From positions 992,001 through 1,056,000 of the forward strand of contig NC_043014.1 of the NCBI RefSeq assembly GCF_006345805.1: a stretch of DNA of 64,000 bases, in the 5' to 3' direction. Positions 40,067 to 53,030 of the stretch are shown in pieces (position 1 is the first letter of the stretch; each line of letters starts with the position of its first letter). The notes under the pieces are model-generated. The model searched no databases and had not been told where the DNA came from. It saw only the letters and a program-made list of their open reading frames with translations. Source of the stretch: Octopus sinensis. Its lineage: Eukaryota. The position numbers and the translations under genes were made by a program.

Positions 40067-40517
40067 GGTGGGGAGCTGGAAAACTCGTTAGCAGGTCGGG
40101 CAAACTATTTAGCGGAACTCGTCCGTCTTTACGTTATGAATTCAAATTCCGCCGGCGTCAACTTTTCCTTTCATCTTTTTCGGGGTCGATGAAAAAAGGA
40201 TCAGTGGGAGCACCGACATCTATTTGTCAGATTATTACTGCTTTACTTCTCAGGAGGTTCGGGCTTGTTTGTTCTGGTAGATTCTGTGAGAGCAGACGAC
40301 AGCGGCCGAGAGGTCTCACATTATAAGCTTTGATACTTGGTTGTTAATTATCGTGGGAGACATTCAACATCCAAGTACCGACCCCAGCTGGTACTTCTTT
40401 AATCCGAAATGATGCACGACAGGGTCGGTGGAATTTGAACTCAGAACGTAATGGCGGACGAAATGCCGCCAAACATTTTGCTCAGCTTGCTATCGGTTCT
40501 GCCCGTTGGCCACCGTA

Positions 40518-40565
<48 letters not shown>

Positions 40566-40970
40566 TTGACATCAAATTCTGGCACAAGGTCAGCAATTTT
40601 TGAGGGGAGGGGGACAGTCGATTATATTGGCTCCAGTACTTAACTGGAACTTATTTTATCGATCCCGAAAGGGATGAAAAGGCAAAGTCGACGTCGGCAA
40701 CATTTGAACTCGGAAAGTAAAGGCGGACGAAACACCGCTAAGCATTTTGTCCGACGCGCTAACGATTCTGCCAGTTCGCCACCTTAATAATAACAATAAT
40801 GGTTTCAAATTTTGTCACAAGGGCAGCAATTTAGGGGAAGGGATGAGTCGATTACATCGACCCCCAGTGTTTCACTGGTTCTTAATTTATCGACCCCGAA
40901 AGGATGAAAGGCAAAGTCGACTCCGGCGGAATTTGAACTCAAATGAAATACCTTTTAGCATTTCGCCACC
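40067..40970. mobile_element. Cluster of four family A SINE copies or fragments, mixed orientation
   Basis: Copies at about 40067-40200 (+), 40370-40515 (-), 40570-40785 (-) and 40800-40970 (-), separated by (TAA)n tracts. Confidence 0.75.
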
Positions 40971-41002
<32 letters not shown>

Positions 41003-41597
41003 GGGTCGTTGTTATTCATTTCTTCGCAGTGTTGAGGTGGAACCTGGTGCACAACGTGACATGAAAGCTAGTAAAACGGTAAAAAATAATTTGTCAACAA
41101 ATTGTAAAGACAAACTTGTTAGATCTTTTCGACAGAATAGCAAACGGACAAGGACACCGAACCTCCGTTAATGGCCAACCCTCACCACCACCACATCCCT
41201 TTCTCTTCCTTTATTATCCTCCCACTCTCCCTCTTCCCAACAATCAATGAAAATAACAAACAACCAAAGGAAATGGTTATTGACGTAAATTGAATACCTG
41301 TGTACCTGTGCGTATGTATTTATATACATATATTCACAGGTGCGTACATACATTCACATACACTCACACGCATGAATCTATGTGTGTGTGTGTGTCTGCA
41401 TGTATATGTTTATATAGTATACACACACACACACACACATCTTATACATATCAAACAGCGAGTGTTGTTGTTAGAAGTGAGGTTACACGAGTCTATATAC
41501 ACAGGTACGTCTAAAGAAAATACAGGTAAGTTGATCATTTCTTTACTCTAGTTGTGTAGGTGCGTGTGTGTGTATGAGCGTGTGCATACGTGTATAC

Positions 41598-41685
<88 letters not shown>

Positions 41686-42073
41686 TATATGTATATATAT
41701 GTATGTATATATGTATGTATGTAGATGATAAATAAGCTGGGCAAACCACTGCCTTGTCCACCTCTGCCAATGATAGGTGCTGTATGTGTGTGGGTGTGTG
41801 TGTGATTGTGTGTGTGTGTTCACCAATCCACATAGATTTCCTTCCCAAGGTCAACATCTGTCTCGACAGAAAAGTTTTATCAACCAGTTCCTATGAGCCG
41901 GGTCTGTCTGACGCTGTGACTCTACGTCAATTCTGCCAAGACCTCAAAAGGTCACATTTCTGGAATATTCTCAAATATTTGCAATAAACAATAACAAAAC
42001 AATATTTGTTTTTATTTATTTAATTAGAAAACAATAAAAATAATAAAACTTGTTAATTATGCCTCATTAATTG

Positions 42074-42113
42074 TTAATTCCTCCAAGTGACATGAACTTC
42101 ATCCGTTCGATAT
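42074..42113 (-). CDS. OSGEP: OSGEP coding exon 12 (terminal)
   Basis: tttgcAG|(R)YRTDEVHVTWRN-stop (TAA). The 12 exons sum to 1008 nt = 335 aa plus stop. AATAAA on the minus strand at 42011-42020. Confidence 0.94.
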
Positions 42114-43339
42114 CTGCAAAGACAATACAAGAATGGCATCAAAGAAAGTGGAATCAGCTTTTATTCCAACATGCTGACGGTTTTGGAGTTGTAGCCTTAA
42201 TAATAATAATAATCCTTTCTACTAAAGGCACACGGCCTGAAATTTGGGAGAAGGGGACAAGTCGATTACATTGACCCCCAGCATTTCACTGGTACTTATT
42301 TTATCGACCCCAAAAGGAGAAAAAGGCAAAGTCAACCTCAGTGGAATTTGAACTCAGAACATAGCGACCACTTAGCGAAATACCACTTAGCACTTCACCT
42401 GGCATGCTGACGATTTGACCAGCTTACCACCTTCGTAATAATAATAATAATAATAATAATATGGCTGAAGGAGTTTGGAACAGAATGCCTGGTAGAGCTC
42501 CCACAGAAAGTTTGTCTTTTAGGGACAGCAAAGATTATTAGGAGGGTTCTAAGTACTTGAAAACTACTAAAAACTTGTGGATACTTAAGGTTACAGGGGG
42601 TAACCCGCTACCCACATAAATCCTTCCAGGAATAAGACTGAACCTGAGTCAAACCAAATAATTTCGTTTTTGGTTTACAAGATTCTTGACATGTTAAATA
42701 AACAACCAAATGCTTGATTAACCAATACATTAAACAAAAGATTGATTAGTTAGTTGGTTGTATATTTAACCAATTGACAAACAATGAAGAAGTGATATTG
42801 AACCAGTGTGTGTGTTTATTAATATTGGCATTATGACCCTCACAAGACACAGCAAAATAAAAAAACCTAATAATACTCCTTTCTACTACAGGAACAAAGC
42901 CTGAAATCTTTGTGGGAAGGAAAGTTAGTTGGTTACATCAACCTCATTATTTTAGTGGTAATCATTTCATCAACTCTGAAAGGACGAATGGTAAGGTCAG
43001 CCTTGGTGGAATTTGAACTCAGAACATAAAGAAGGAAGAAAGGCTGCAAAGCATTTTATCCAGCATGCTAATGATTCTGCCAGTTTGCTACCTTAAATAG
43101 TAGTAGTAGTAGTAGTAGCAGCAGTCGTCCAAGGATTTGGACCTGGAGATCTCCATTTCCAGCGACTTCGAGAGCCACCTCCCAGTGGTGTCGGCCGTCA
43201 ACCAAGAGCCCTCGACTATAACAAGACGGCCAAAGTTTTTTTTTTCCAAGGTCTGGGGTCCCCTGCTCCTAAGCCCTAAACCATCACCTAACCACCCTTA
43301 CCCATCTTGTTGCTTAACAACAACAGCAACAGCAGCAGC

Positions 43340-43373
<34 letters not shown>

Positions 43374-43389
43374 ACAACAATAATAATAC

Positions 43390-43488
43390 CTCTGGGTGCA
43401 ACCTGTGTCTTTTAGTGGGGTGGTGTAACCATTCTTGTACATCAGTAAACCAGCATAAGCTATCATGGCACCATTGTCAATACAGAAC
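43390..43488 (-). CDS. OSGEP: OSGEP coding exon 11
   Basis: ttcttcAG|(R)[32 protein letters not shown](R)|GTATTA; contains the DNGAMIA motif; 99 nt. Confidence 0.95.
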
Positions 43489-45134
43489 CTGAAGAAGAAT
43501 TGGAATTCTGGCATTAAGATTTAGAAACCTGAAGACTGAGGAGTGTCCAAGAGGAACGGTCAATTTTGTAATGGGTTCTGTTTAGCAGAATGGACCAAAA
43601 TGTGAGATGTTCTTGCAATCCCTGGGGTCTCTCATTTGCTTTCGTACAAATGGATGAGAGACAAGTGTGGCTGTGCGATTAAGATGTTTGCTTCTTAAAC
43701 TCATGCTTTTGGTTTCAATCCTTGGGCAAGTTTCTTCTGCTTTATGCTCAAAACACATAGAGTTCAGATTTGGTAGATGAAAACTGAAAGAATCCTGCCA
43801 TGTATTTAATGTGTGTGTGTTGAGATGGAATGGAAATTGTAAACAAGTGTCACTGTCATACAACCAGTGTCATTCATTTCCAGTCTTCCATAAAAACATG
43901 TCTGGTCTGACCATGGAGAAATACTGTCTTGCTTGGAAATGAGTGAAGGCTGGTGACAGGAAGAGCATCCGACCATAAGAAATCCATCTCAAGAAACTCC
44001 ATCTGACCCATGCAAGCATGGAAAAGTCAACGTTAAAAAGATGACGACAATGATGAGGAGGATGCAGATAGAACTCTCCTGGATAAGTCACCAACACTAC
44101 ATTACATTCCCTGTTATATTTATTCAACAGCCATATTACCTGAGGGACTGAGAACTACATTGTGTGTGAACCGCAGCAAAATATCTGCAGTGAGTTTGAA
44201 CCCAATACCTCTAGGTTGATAGCCTCATACCATACCCACTCAGCCATTTTATATGTTGCTACAAATGCATAAAATAACAACTCAAATGTTTGTTTCTTTG
44301 TTGTACGTCTGTTTTTCCATGTTGGCATGGGTTAGATGAGTATATATTACTGTGTCATGGTTTTACAGCTGGATGCCCTTCCCATCACTAACCTTTATCA
44401 GCTTTCCGAATAAAGGATCTTTTATTTCATATGCTTTCTCTAAATTGCCTTTGACGTTAAATCTATTAACAGTTTTTTAAAAAATAACTTGCCAGTATTC
44501 CCCATCATCATATACGTGGTAATCACATTTGGTTAAAATGGCTTAAAATGTGTTTTATTTTTTTTTTTTACCTGACAAGATTGTTTTACATCATTTTATT
44601 CCCTCCGGAATAATATCAATGTTTTCTTTGAAACATATGTTGGAAATATAAAGATTTGAACAACACCTGCATTTGACTCCATTTCTTAATTTATCTATGT
44701 TATACACAAACATTTCACTCAACCCTGGAATTTCTACCTTTATAAGTAGGCTGTAATACCCATGGCACTTAAGTGAATTTTTGCTACCCTGGTAACTATT
44801 TATTTATTTTTTCCGTGTTATTTGTACACAATGTAAAAATACACATACATTTATATATACATATACATACATACATACATATATATATAATTTATATGCA
44901 TACATACACATATGTACACACATACACACACACAAACACAAGGTTTTGGTTGGCCTGAGACTATAGTAGAAGCCACTTGCCCAAGGTGCCACGCAGTGGG
45001 ACTGAACCTGGAACCATGTGGTTGGGAAGTGAACTACTAAAGCACCCAGTCACATCCCTTCCCATGTTTGAGATATTATAAAAGTGAGAACAACTGGTCA
45101 GCAATTGGTTGGAGGTGACCAATGCAGGACTTAC

Positions 45135-45210
45135 CGCTCGTCTGTTGCAAATAATTTGGCCCCTCTCTCTTCAGCCATTTGACCCATCATCTTTTGTAAA
45201 TGTTCATTGC
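45135..45210 (-). CDS. OSGEP: OSGEP coding exon 10
   Basis: ctctgtcAG|(C)NEHLQKMMGQMAEERGAKLFATDE(R)|GTAAGT; 76 nt. Confidence 0.94.
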
Positions 45211-45703
45211 CTGACAGAGATTTTTAAGAAAAGAAAAAAAAGGAGAAATAAAAGGCAGGAAGACATTTTTGGTAACATTGAAATACAGACTACAAAAGAA
45301 TCATCAGTCGGCCATCACTGACGTCACCAGCACTGCCACCCAAACGTTTTTACATATGCTTTCTTCATGTTAGCATGGGTTAGATGAGTCCAGAAGTCCT
45401 TCCTGCCATCAACCCATCGCTTAATCCATTGGTCTTTCCTTTCACACAATGAAATAACTAAAGAGAGGAAGAAACTTTTTACTTTAAACAATGTCAAAAC
45501 AAACCCATGCACACACCAACACCACCACCACCATCACTATCATCACCATTGCTTTAACCTCCACTTTTCCATGTTTGTACAGGTCAGTTGGAATTCATTG
45601 AGACAGACTTTCTACACACCAGATGCCTTTCCTGTTGCTAAACCTCACGTTTCCAAGCAAGGTCATATTTTGTCATGGCCAGACATGGTTTCCATGGAAT
45701 ACT

Positions 45704-45937
45704 TATTTCTTTACTACCCACAAGGGGCTAAACACAGAGAAGACAAACAAGGACAGACAAACAGATTGAATCGATTATATCGACCCCAATGCATAACTGG
45801 TACTTATTTAATCGACCCCGAAAGGATGAAAGGCAAAGTCGACCTCGGCGGAATTTGAACTCAGAACGTAGCGACAGGCGAAATAACACTAAGCATTTCG
45901 CCCGGCGTGCTAACATTTCAGCCAGCTCGCCGCTGTA
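45704..45937 (-). mobile_element. Family A SINE with a 15-bp target-site duplication, in OSGEP intron 9
   Basis: TTTCCATGGAATACT at 45689-45703 and again at 45938-45952. Confidence 0.88.
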
Positions 45938-46281
45938 TTTCCATGGAATACTGCAGACGAATGACTCTGCTGGTATGATGGTGGCACTCATTCACAACCA
46001 TCATGCAATGTCAAGACAAGGAAACACACACACACAGTTTTTCTCTCCCAAATCCACACTCGCTGCTGTGGTTGACCAGGGGCCACAGTAGAAGACTGAG
46101 CCATGTAGTGAGACTAAACATGGAGCCACATGGTTGGTAAGCAAACTTCTTAACAACACCACCCCTGCCTGCTCCGAAATCTAAGACCGAGCTTGCTGAG
46201 CCTGCAAAACGGTGAAGAGCAGGATTGGAAGAGAAGAAGACATTCCATGAGAAAGGGTAGCAAAAAAGGTGAAATACTTAC

Positions 46282-46338
46282 AGCCAACACCACCAACAAT
46301 AAGGACTTCGTTGGAGTTGCAATGGGCCATGGCACGTT
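46282..46338 (-). CDS. OSGEP: OSGEP coding exon 9
   Basis: cccacAG|(E)RAMAHCNSNEVLIVGGVG(C)|GTAAGT; 57 nt. Confidence 0.95.
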
Positions 46339-47200
46339 CTGTGGGACATAAAAAACACCCGAAACATTTGAAGAAACATAAAATACAAAATAAAAATAAG
46401 AATAAACAAAACATCAGTAAATAGAGTTGGGGACAACTAGGATAACTAAGACAACGTGATTTAAATGTTAACCCCTTAGAAACCAGGTTACTATAAATAG
46501 TTGTTGTTAACAGTAGTGGTTGGTTAATGAAAAACAGAGAATCAGAGTTTCCACCCATGGCTTCCCCAACTTTAGTTTACAGTTTGATATCCTGGGATTT
46601 ACCATTTCAAACATGTGGCTTCTGGCTTCAATAGAATTGGAAGTTTGCTGGGGGAGAATACACTTCTTCATTGTGTAGGGAAACATTCAGCTATTTTTAA
46701 GAAAGTAAAACTAAAGCTTGAAGACATGGCTGCTAGAAATAGCAGCCCTGAGTAACATCTTCGTAACTCCCTTTTTGGTCCAGCAGTGAGGAAGCTGAAT
46801 GAATGTGAAGAGGGCCCTTAAATGGGAACCCAATCCTATGTTTTCACAGAAGACTAGCAATGAATGATACCATTTGTACAACAGTGACACTCGATTTACC
46901 ACCAGCATCTAACAAGGACACACACACACACACAAAAGGTGTCTTTCACTTCCTATCCACCAAATCTTCTCGCAAAGCCTCAATTAACCTGGGGTTGTAG
47001 TAAAAGACACGTTCCCATGGTGCCATGCAGTGGAATTGAACTCAAAACTATGAACTTGGGAAGCAAACCTTTTAACCATGCATTCATGCCTAAAGTAAAA
47101 TCTCAACATGGATCACCCAAACCATTCTACACTCAGCCGTTACCGTCCCCGTCAACCAGTCATACGCCAGGGGATGAGAGACTCAACTATACACACTTAC

Positions 47201-47300
47201 CAGTAATCTCCACCAACATAGCAAAGACCGTCTCCTGAAGAGAGAAACAGAGATCTTCCGGTGTGAAGTCACCATTCTTTAACCATTGAGGGGCTTTCTC
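47201..47300 (-). CDS. OSGEP: OSGEP coding exon 8
   Basis: atttcAG|[33 protein letters not shown](E)|GTAAGT; 100 nt. Confidence 0.94.
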
Positions 47301-47438
47301 CTGAAATATATCACAGGGGACCATTATAGGGGACGGATGTAACAACAAACATGATGCAGGCTAAATAATGGACATAACAACAGGCTGAGGTATGTGTGTA
47401 TATGTGTGTGAGTGTGTGCATACGTGTGTGTATATGTA

Positions 47439-47478
<40 letters not shown>

Positions 47479-47542
47479 AGTCACCATGATAGATCGTTAG
47501 CCACTACACACATTTTTTTCTCTCCTTGTTTTTTCTGTGTCC

Positions 47543-47578
47543 CTTTCTGTAGAAGAGCGTAGGCTCGAAACGTAAAAG
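47543..47578 (+). ncRNA. Minimal hammerhead-like motif with a core variant, antisense within OSGEP intron 7
   Basis: CTTT-CTGTAGA-A-GAGC gtag GCTC-GAAA-CG-TA-AAAG; A6 is replaced by T; palindromic ACGT stem III. Confidence 0.5.
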
Positions 47579-47665
47579 ACTTTTTCTATTCCTGAGTGTT
47601 AGGCTAATACATCTGTTTGTTTTGTACACCACCTGCCTTCGTCTTTTGTTTTTTTCGTAAACTCT

Positions 47666-47721
<56 letters not shown>

Positions 47722-48438
47722 ATACATATGCTAACACATATACATGTATTTGTGGGTATATATGTATATGAACAGACTTCACACCCAACACAGGTATGTA
47801 TATTGTAGTTAGGAAGTATATATAGTAAAGATCCAATGACGATGGGATTGTTCCGCTCCGAAGCACAAGTCCGTGTAAGGTTATTTTTATGGAAGACCAG
47901 CAGTCGCCCATGCTTACCAGCCTCTCCTCTCCACACCACTGATGTTATCCAAAGCAAAGGGGCCGATACAGCTTGGCATCTGTGACGTCAAAACTCACTT
48001 CTACAGCTGAGTGAACTGGAGCAACGTGAAATAAAGTGTCTTGCTCAAGGACACAACATGCAGCCCGGTCCTGTTGGGTGGTAGACTTAATCTGTCCTCA
48101 CCTGGTCTGACACAACCATCTGCTCCTTTTAGAGTCTTTAGTAGGGTCCAGTCTGTTGTAAACGTTTGAGTCAGGTGTTCAACCTAAGAACTACTTCCTC
48201 TCCCCCACCTACCCCATTCTCCCACTCCAGTCAGGAAGCCCCAAGAAAGGTCACAAAGTCACTAGTCCTGCCCTTCCTTTAATAATCAAACCATACAAAA
48301 CTATAAATAGAAAAAAGAAAATGAATTTTACTGAAACATGACAAAAGTTTAGTTTAAAATAGAGAAAGGCACAAGGTTTGGTGGTGGTGGTGGGTGGGGG
48401 TTTGGAGTAAAGAATCAAGCAAAAAGCTGCAGACTCAC

Positions 48439-48517
48439 CTCAATGTATGACAGTAAACCAGAGAATGACACATCCATGCCCTTCACCGTGTAAGGGAGTT
48501 CGGCCAGTTTCTTCCCT
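48439..48517 (-). CDS. OSGEP: OSGEP coding exon 7
   Basis: tttgcAG|(K)[26 protein letters not shown]|GTGAGT; 79 nt. Confidence 0.95.
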
Positions 48518-49117
48518 CTGCAAATAAAATAATCAGACAAACATTGCAGGTCATCCGTTTAACGTCCGTTTTCACAATGGCTGAGAGGAAGAGTGGGTGA
48601 GGCAGGATTTTTATGGCCAGGGTTTTTCTGTCACCCACCCTTACCTGTTTTTATTAGTAAGGGATTTTGTAATTCCGGAGGAATTTGAAAGTGCAGAGAT
48701 TGCGGTTGACTTGTTGACAAGAAATGTCAACAAGTGCCACCCATTGCTGCCCAGCTGTCACTGGTGACATCATCAAGTGAAGTGCAGCTCACCACAGATT
48801 GTAAACCTACACACACACAAAATGATATTCACTCTTATCCAGCTGTATTTAGTCAGGTCCAGATACATCCAGTCATATCCAGTCTTTGTCTCCTTGTAGC
48901 CAGTCTGATGCAGTTAAATCCAGTAGTATCCAGTTATGTCAAGTCACATCCAGTCAGCATTCAGACATATCTAATTTGTGTCCACTCATATCCAGTCCTA
49001 GCCAGTTATATCCTATCTGTTCCATTCATTTTCTTTTAGTTCCAGTCACATCCAGTTATAACCAGTCTGTTCCAGTCCTATCCAGTCCAATCTGTCACAA
49101 TATAAATCTATACTTAC

Positions 49118-49167
49118 TTTTTGGCCATTTGTTCAATGTTGTAGCCAGGACTAGGGTCATTGGATAA
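49118..49167 (-). CDS. OSGEP: OSGEP coding exon 6
   Basis: tattacAG|LSNDPSPGYNIEQMAK(K)|GTAAGT; 50 nt; too short to appear in the ORF track. Confidence 0.93.
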
Positions 49168-49223
49168 CTGTAATACAGAGAGGAGGAGAAATAGAATGAA
49201 GATGACTGTGATAGATAAGGTGG

Positions 49224-49263
<40 letters not shown>

Positions 49264-50004
49264 AGATATATACTTATATAAATATATATACAAGATATTT
49301 ACTTATATTTATATTCTCTTTTTTATATATATTCTACTTATTATACAACATTACTCTTTTATGTACACTTTTTTATGTACATTCCTTTATGTACACTGAT
49401 TTGTTCTGCTTTTTTATATTTAACCCTACAGTCTCTTATGTGGTGGTTTAATAAAATATGTGATTGAGTATTATCTGGTAATTGATATTTGATTTAGATA
49501 TATTTCTCCATTTTCTTATCTTCTATTAGTAATTTGTGTTAAATCATTTTACCTTTGCCCATATAATACAGTAAATGAATTGATTGCATCGCAATCCTTA
49601 ACATTTATGTATTAACTTTGTTGGGTACTTCACTAGCAGTATATTGGATATACGTTATCCCATGGAGGGTTGCACTCACAACCGTTATCTCAATTTATAT
49701 ATATATATATATATAAATACAAGGGGATAATTATAACAGCTAAGGGCAAATGTATAACAACAACTGTAATATAAGGTAGCAACATATATATATATATATA
49801 TATATATAGAAGTGAGTTCAATTAGAGGTTATAAAAGACGTCTAAGGGATATTTATATCCAATGAATTCCTGGTGTATTACTTAACGTAAACAGAAATAG
49901 CTGTCAGATGAGACATTGTCTTTTTTTGTAATCAATAAATAATAATTGATGCTCATCAATTATCAATTTCATCTCCATTTTCTTATTTTTCCTTTTATAT
50001 ATAC

Positions 50005-50039
<35 letters not shown>

Positions 50040-50167
50040 TAATCAGTATATAATGTAACTTATTAAACAGAGTTCAACAAATTCGTTCATATTTTATGCA
50101 ATGGAGGAGATTAGATGAAAAAGAAAAAGGAAAAAAAAAAGGCAGTGAAAGGTGAAAGTGGGATTAC

Positions 50168-50263
50168 CTTTAAAACCCTGGCAAATCTGTCCAGGCAGTT
50201 TCCGACTGCAATGTCAATGGTTTCCCCAAAGATACGATATTTCTGCTGGGAATAAGAGATGAC
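50168..50263 (-). CDS. OSGEP: OSGEP coding exon 5
   Basis: cctgcAG|[32 protein letters not shown]|GTAATC; 96 nt. Confidence 0.95.
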
Positions 50264-50364
50264 CTGCAGGACAAACAGACAGACAGGGTTGTGTTGAGAA
50301 ATGGAGACGAAGACGGAGAGAAAGAGGGAAGCAGAGATAAAAAAAGGGAGAGAGGATGTCTTAC

Positions 50365-50438
50365 CTGTGTGTTTCCTCCACTAACATAGAGGACGGTGGG
50401 ATTCTGTGCCCCGGTTACCAGGCGACCCATTTCAATAT
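50365..50438 (-). CDS. OSGEP: OSGEP coding exon 4
   Basis: Begins after an AC acceptor: (H)[24 protein letters not shown]; donor CAG|GTAAGA; 74 nt restores phase 0. Confidence 0.93.
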
Positions 50439-51392
50439 GTAAAAAGAAGAATTAAGGAACAACAACAACAACAACAATAATGGAACAGAAAACAGGAACC
50501 AACATACATCATCATCATCATCATTTCCTTCATCATCACTATCATTATCACTACAATCAACATCACCATGACAACCATCCTCATCCTAACCCACAACCAC
50601 CACCACCACCAAAGGAACAACAACAAATCCCTTATATGCTAATTTGACTTGCTAAAAATATCAACCAAATCTCCCTCAAATCATTTGCTACTGCCTTAAA
50701 AAGTATAAAAAGTTGATAATATTTTCTAATGCAGGCCTAGATATGTTGTGTCTAGCGCTGCCTCGACTGGCTTCCGTGCCAGTGGCACGTAAAATACACC
50801 AATCCGACCGTGGCCGTTGCCAGCCTCGCCTGGCACCTGTGCAGGTGGCACGTAAAAAGCACCCACTACACTCACGGAGTGGTTGGCGTTAGGAAGGGCA
50901 TCCAGCTGTAGAAACATTGCCAGATAAGACCGGAGCCTGGTGCAGCCTTCTGGCTTCCCAGATCCCCGGTCGAACCGTCCAACCCATGCTAGCATGGAGA
51001 ACGGATGTTAAACGATGATGATGATGATGATGATGATAGTCATGGCAGGATAATGTTTGTACATAGCTTTGTAGGATTAGATTTGAACTGGGCTAAAACA
51101 ATAACAGCAATTATCACCACCTTATGGTGTGTGTGTGCAGACACACACGATCCATGACACATACATACACACACACACATTACTCATACATAAACATGTG
51201 TACTCCTAGATACACATGTAACCCTCACAGACACATACAAGTGATCTCCACACGTGAACACATAACCCACACACGTCCATATACACACATACACATCCAT
51301 AAATCACCTCCCATATTACCTACATGTGACACCCTCCCCATTCACACATGAAGCCCTTTGAGACCCTTTTGAGACCCCAAACAGAAGGATAT
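50439..51392 (-). other. U12-type (minor spliceosome) AT-AC intron, OSGEP coding intron 3
   Basis: 5' site ATATCCTT (51392-51385), branch point TTCCTTAAT (50459-50451), terminal AC (50440-50439). Splicing here restores the conserved NHCIAHIEMG. Confidence 0.92.
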
Positions 51393-51494
51393 GAGCAATA
51401 CAATGATTAACTGCCACAACAGGTTTCTTCCAAAGCTGTGCCACTGTGCGTGCCACAATTGCTGTGGACACCAAAGGTCCACCCATTCCGGGAC
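51393..51494 (-). CDS. OSGEP: OSGEP coding exon 3
   Basis: ttttcAG|; [33 protein letters not shown](H); ends at the U12-type donor C|ATATCCTT; 102 nt. Confidence 0.93.
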
Positions 51495-52199
51495 CTGAAA
51501 ATACAAAGGAAAACAAAATCTGAAAATTTATATGTGTTACCATGGAAACAATATGTTTGCTGAATTACTTACAGAGGAAGGATATTACACACACACACAC
51601 TCACACGCATGCACACACACACACATGCATGCACACATATGCACATGCAGGGGTGTTTGGCTGGTTAAGGGTTTCACTTCTCAACCACATGACTATGGGT
51701 TCAGTTTTACAGTGTGGCAGTTGGGGCAACAGTCTGCTCCTATGGCCCTTGGCTGACCAAAGCCTTGTGATTGGAAAGAGGCCTCTTATATTATCCTCAT
51801 CATCCTTTAACGTCCATTTTCCATGCTGGCATGGGGAGGGCGGTTTAATGGGAACTGGCAGGTCAGAAGACAGCACTAAACCCTACTGCCTGTTTTCGTA
51901 GGGTTTCTATGCCTGGAGCCCCGTTCTTGATGCCAACCATTTTACAGAGTGTGGACCGGGTGCTTTTTATGTGACACCAGCACCACTGAAGTTAACAAAT
52001 AACTTTCTGGACAAAATCCCTCAAATGCGAAGGAGCAGCACTGAAAGACAACACTGAGGTGTCTCGGATTAGAACTGAAACGTGGCTACATCAGAGGGGG
52101 AGAGAGAGAGAGAGAAGAAAGATGGGAGAAATGAGACAGGTGTATGTATGTGTGTGTATATGTGTACACACACACACACACACACAGAGGTGTACCTAC

Positions 52200-52319
52200 C
52201 TTTTGTATAACAAACGACATCAATGTCTTTTGGTTGGATCTGTGCTTCTTCTATCGCTTGGTTAAGAACCTTCAGGATGTATTCCTGGTGATGCTTGGCA
52301 GTGTCTCGTGGCAAAAAAC
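52200..52319 (-). CDS. OSGEP: OSGEP coding exon 2
   Basis: ctctgcAG|GT TTT...; FLPRDTAKHHQEYILKVLNQAIEEAQIQPKDIDVVCYTKG; donor G|GTAGGT; 120 nt, phase 1-1. Confidence 0.95.
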
Positions 52320-52462
52320 CTGCAGAGAAACATCATAGAACTAACATTGGTACAAATGTTACCTGCATCTAACCTGGCCAAACCAGATGATAATGGGTAC
52401 AAGAGGAGAGCAGCAACAGTAAATAAGGTTGGGTGGCCATGGTGGAATGGTGAAATTCTTAC

Positions 52463-52577
52463 CTTGACCAGGAGGTGTGACGTAGGTGTGGCGAGGGTTG
52501 CTTAAAACTTTGTCATTCTTCATAATACCAATTCCAAGTTTGTTGGCACTGCCTTCAAATCCAATAGAGATAACCAT
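52463..52577 (-). CDS. OSGEP: OSGEP/Kae1 tRNA t6A threonylcarbamoyltransferase, coding exon 1
   Basis: [39 protein letters not shown]; donor G|GTAAGA. An upstream acceptor ttctttcAG at 52602-52603 implies a non-coding first exon. Confidence 0.95.
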
Positions 52578-52742
52578 CTTTAATTTGGAGGGAATCTAAG
52601 ACTGAAAGAAAATAATAATAATAATAATTACTGAATCCCATGATATTCATCAGGTGAGGGGGAAAAGGTTTCTCTCTCTCTATAGTTGTGTGCATGTGTG
52701 TATGTCTTTACATAAGAATTTCGTAACTTCAAGAGAAGTTAC

Positions 52743-53030
52743 CGACCAATGCCTTGTGAGTGGATTTGGTAGACGGAAACTGAAAGAAGCCTGTCGTATA
52801 TATGTATATATATATATATGTGTGTGTGTGTGTTTGTGTGTCTGTGTTTGTCCCCCTAGCATTGCTTGACAACCGATGCTGGTGTGTTTACGTCCCCGTC
52901 ACTTAGTGGTCCGGCAAAAGAGACCGATAGAATAAGTACTGGGCTTACAAAGAATAAGTCCCGGGGTCGATTTGCTCGACTAAAGGCCGTGCTCCAGCAT
53001 GGCCGCAGTCAAATGACTGAAACAAGTAAA
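52743..53030 (+). mobile_element. tRNA-derived SINE, family B (5' truncated)
   Basis: Near-identical to 27450-27740. Confidence 0.8.

Noticed and set aside
51316-51392. OSGEP exon 3 read-through [10 protein letters not shown]...
   Set aside because: Homology stops at the His codon; the sequence is the U12 intron start ATATCCTT.
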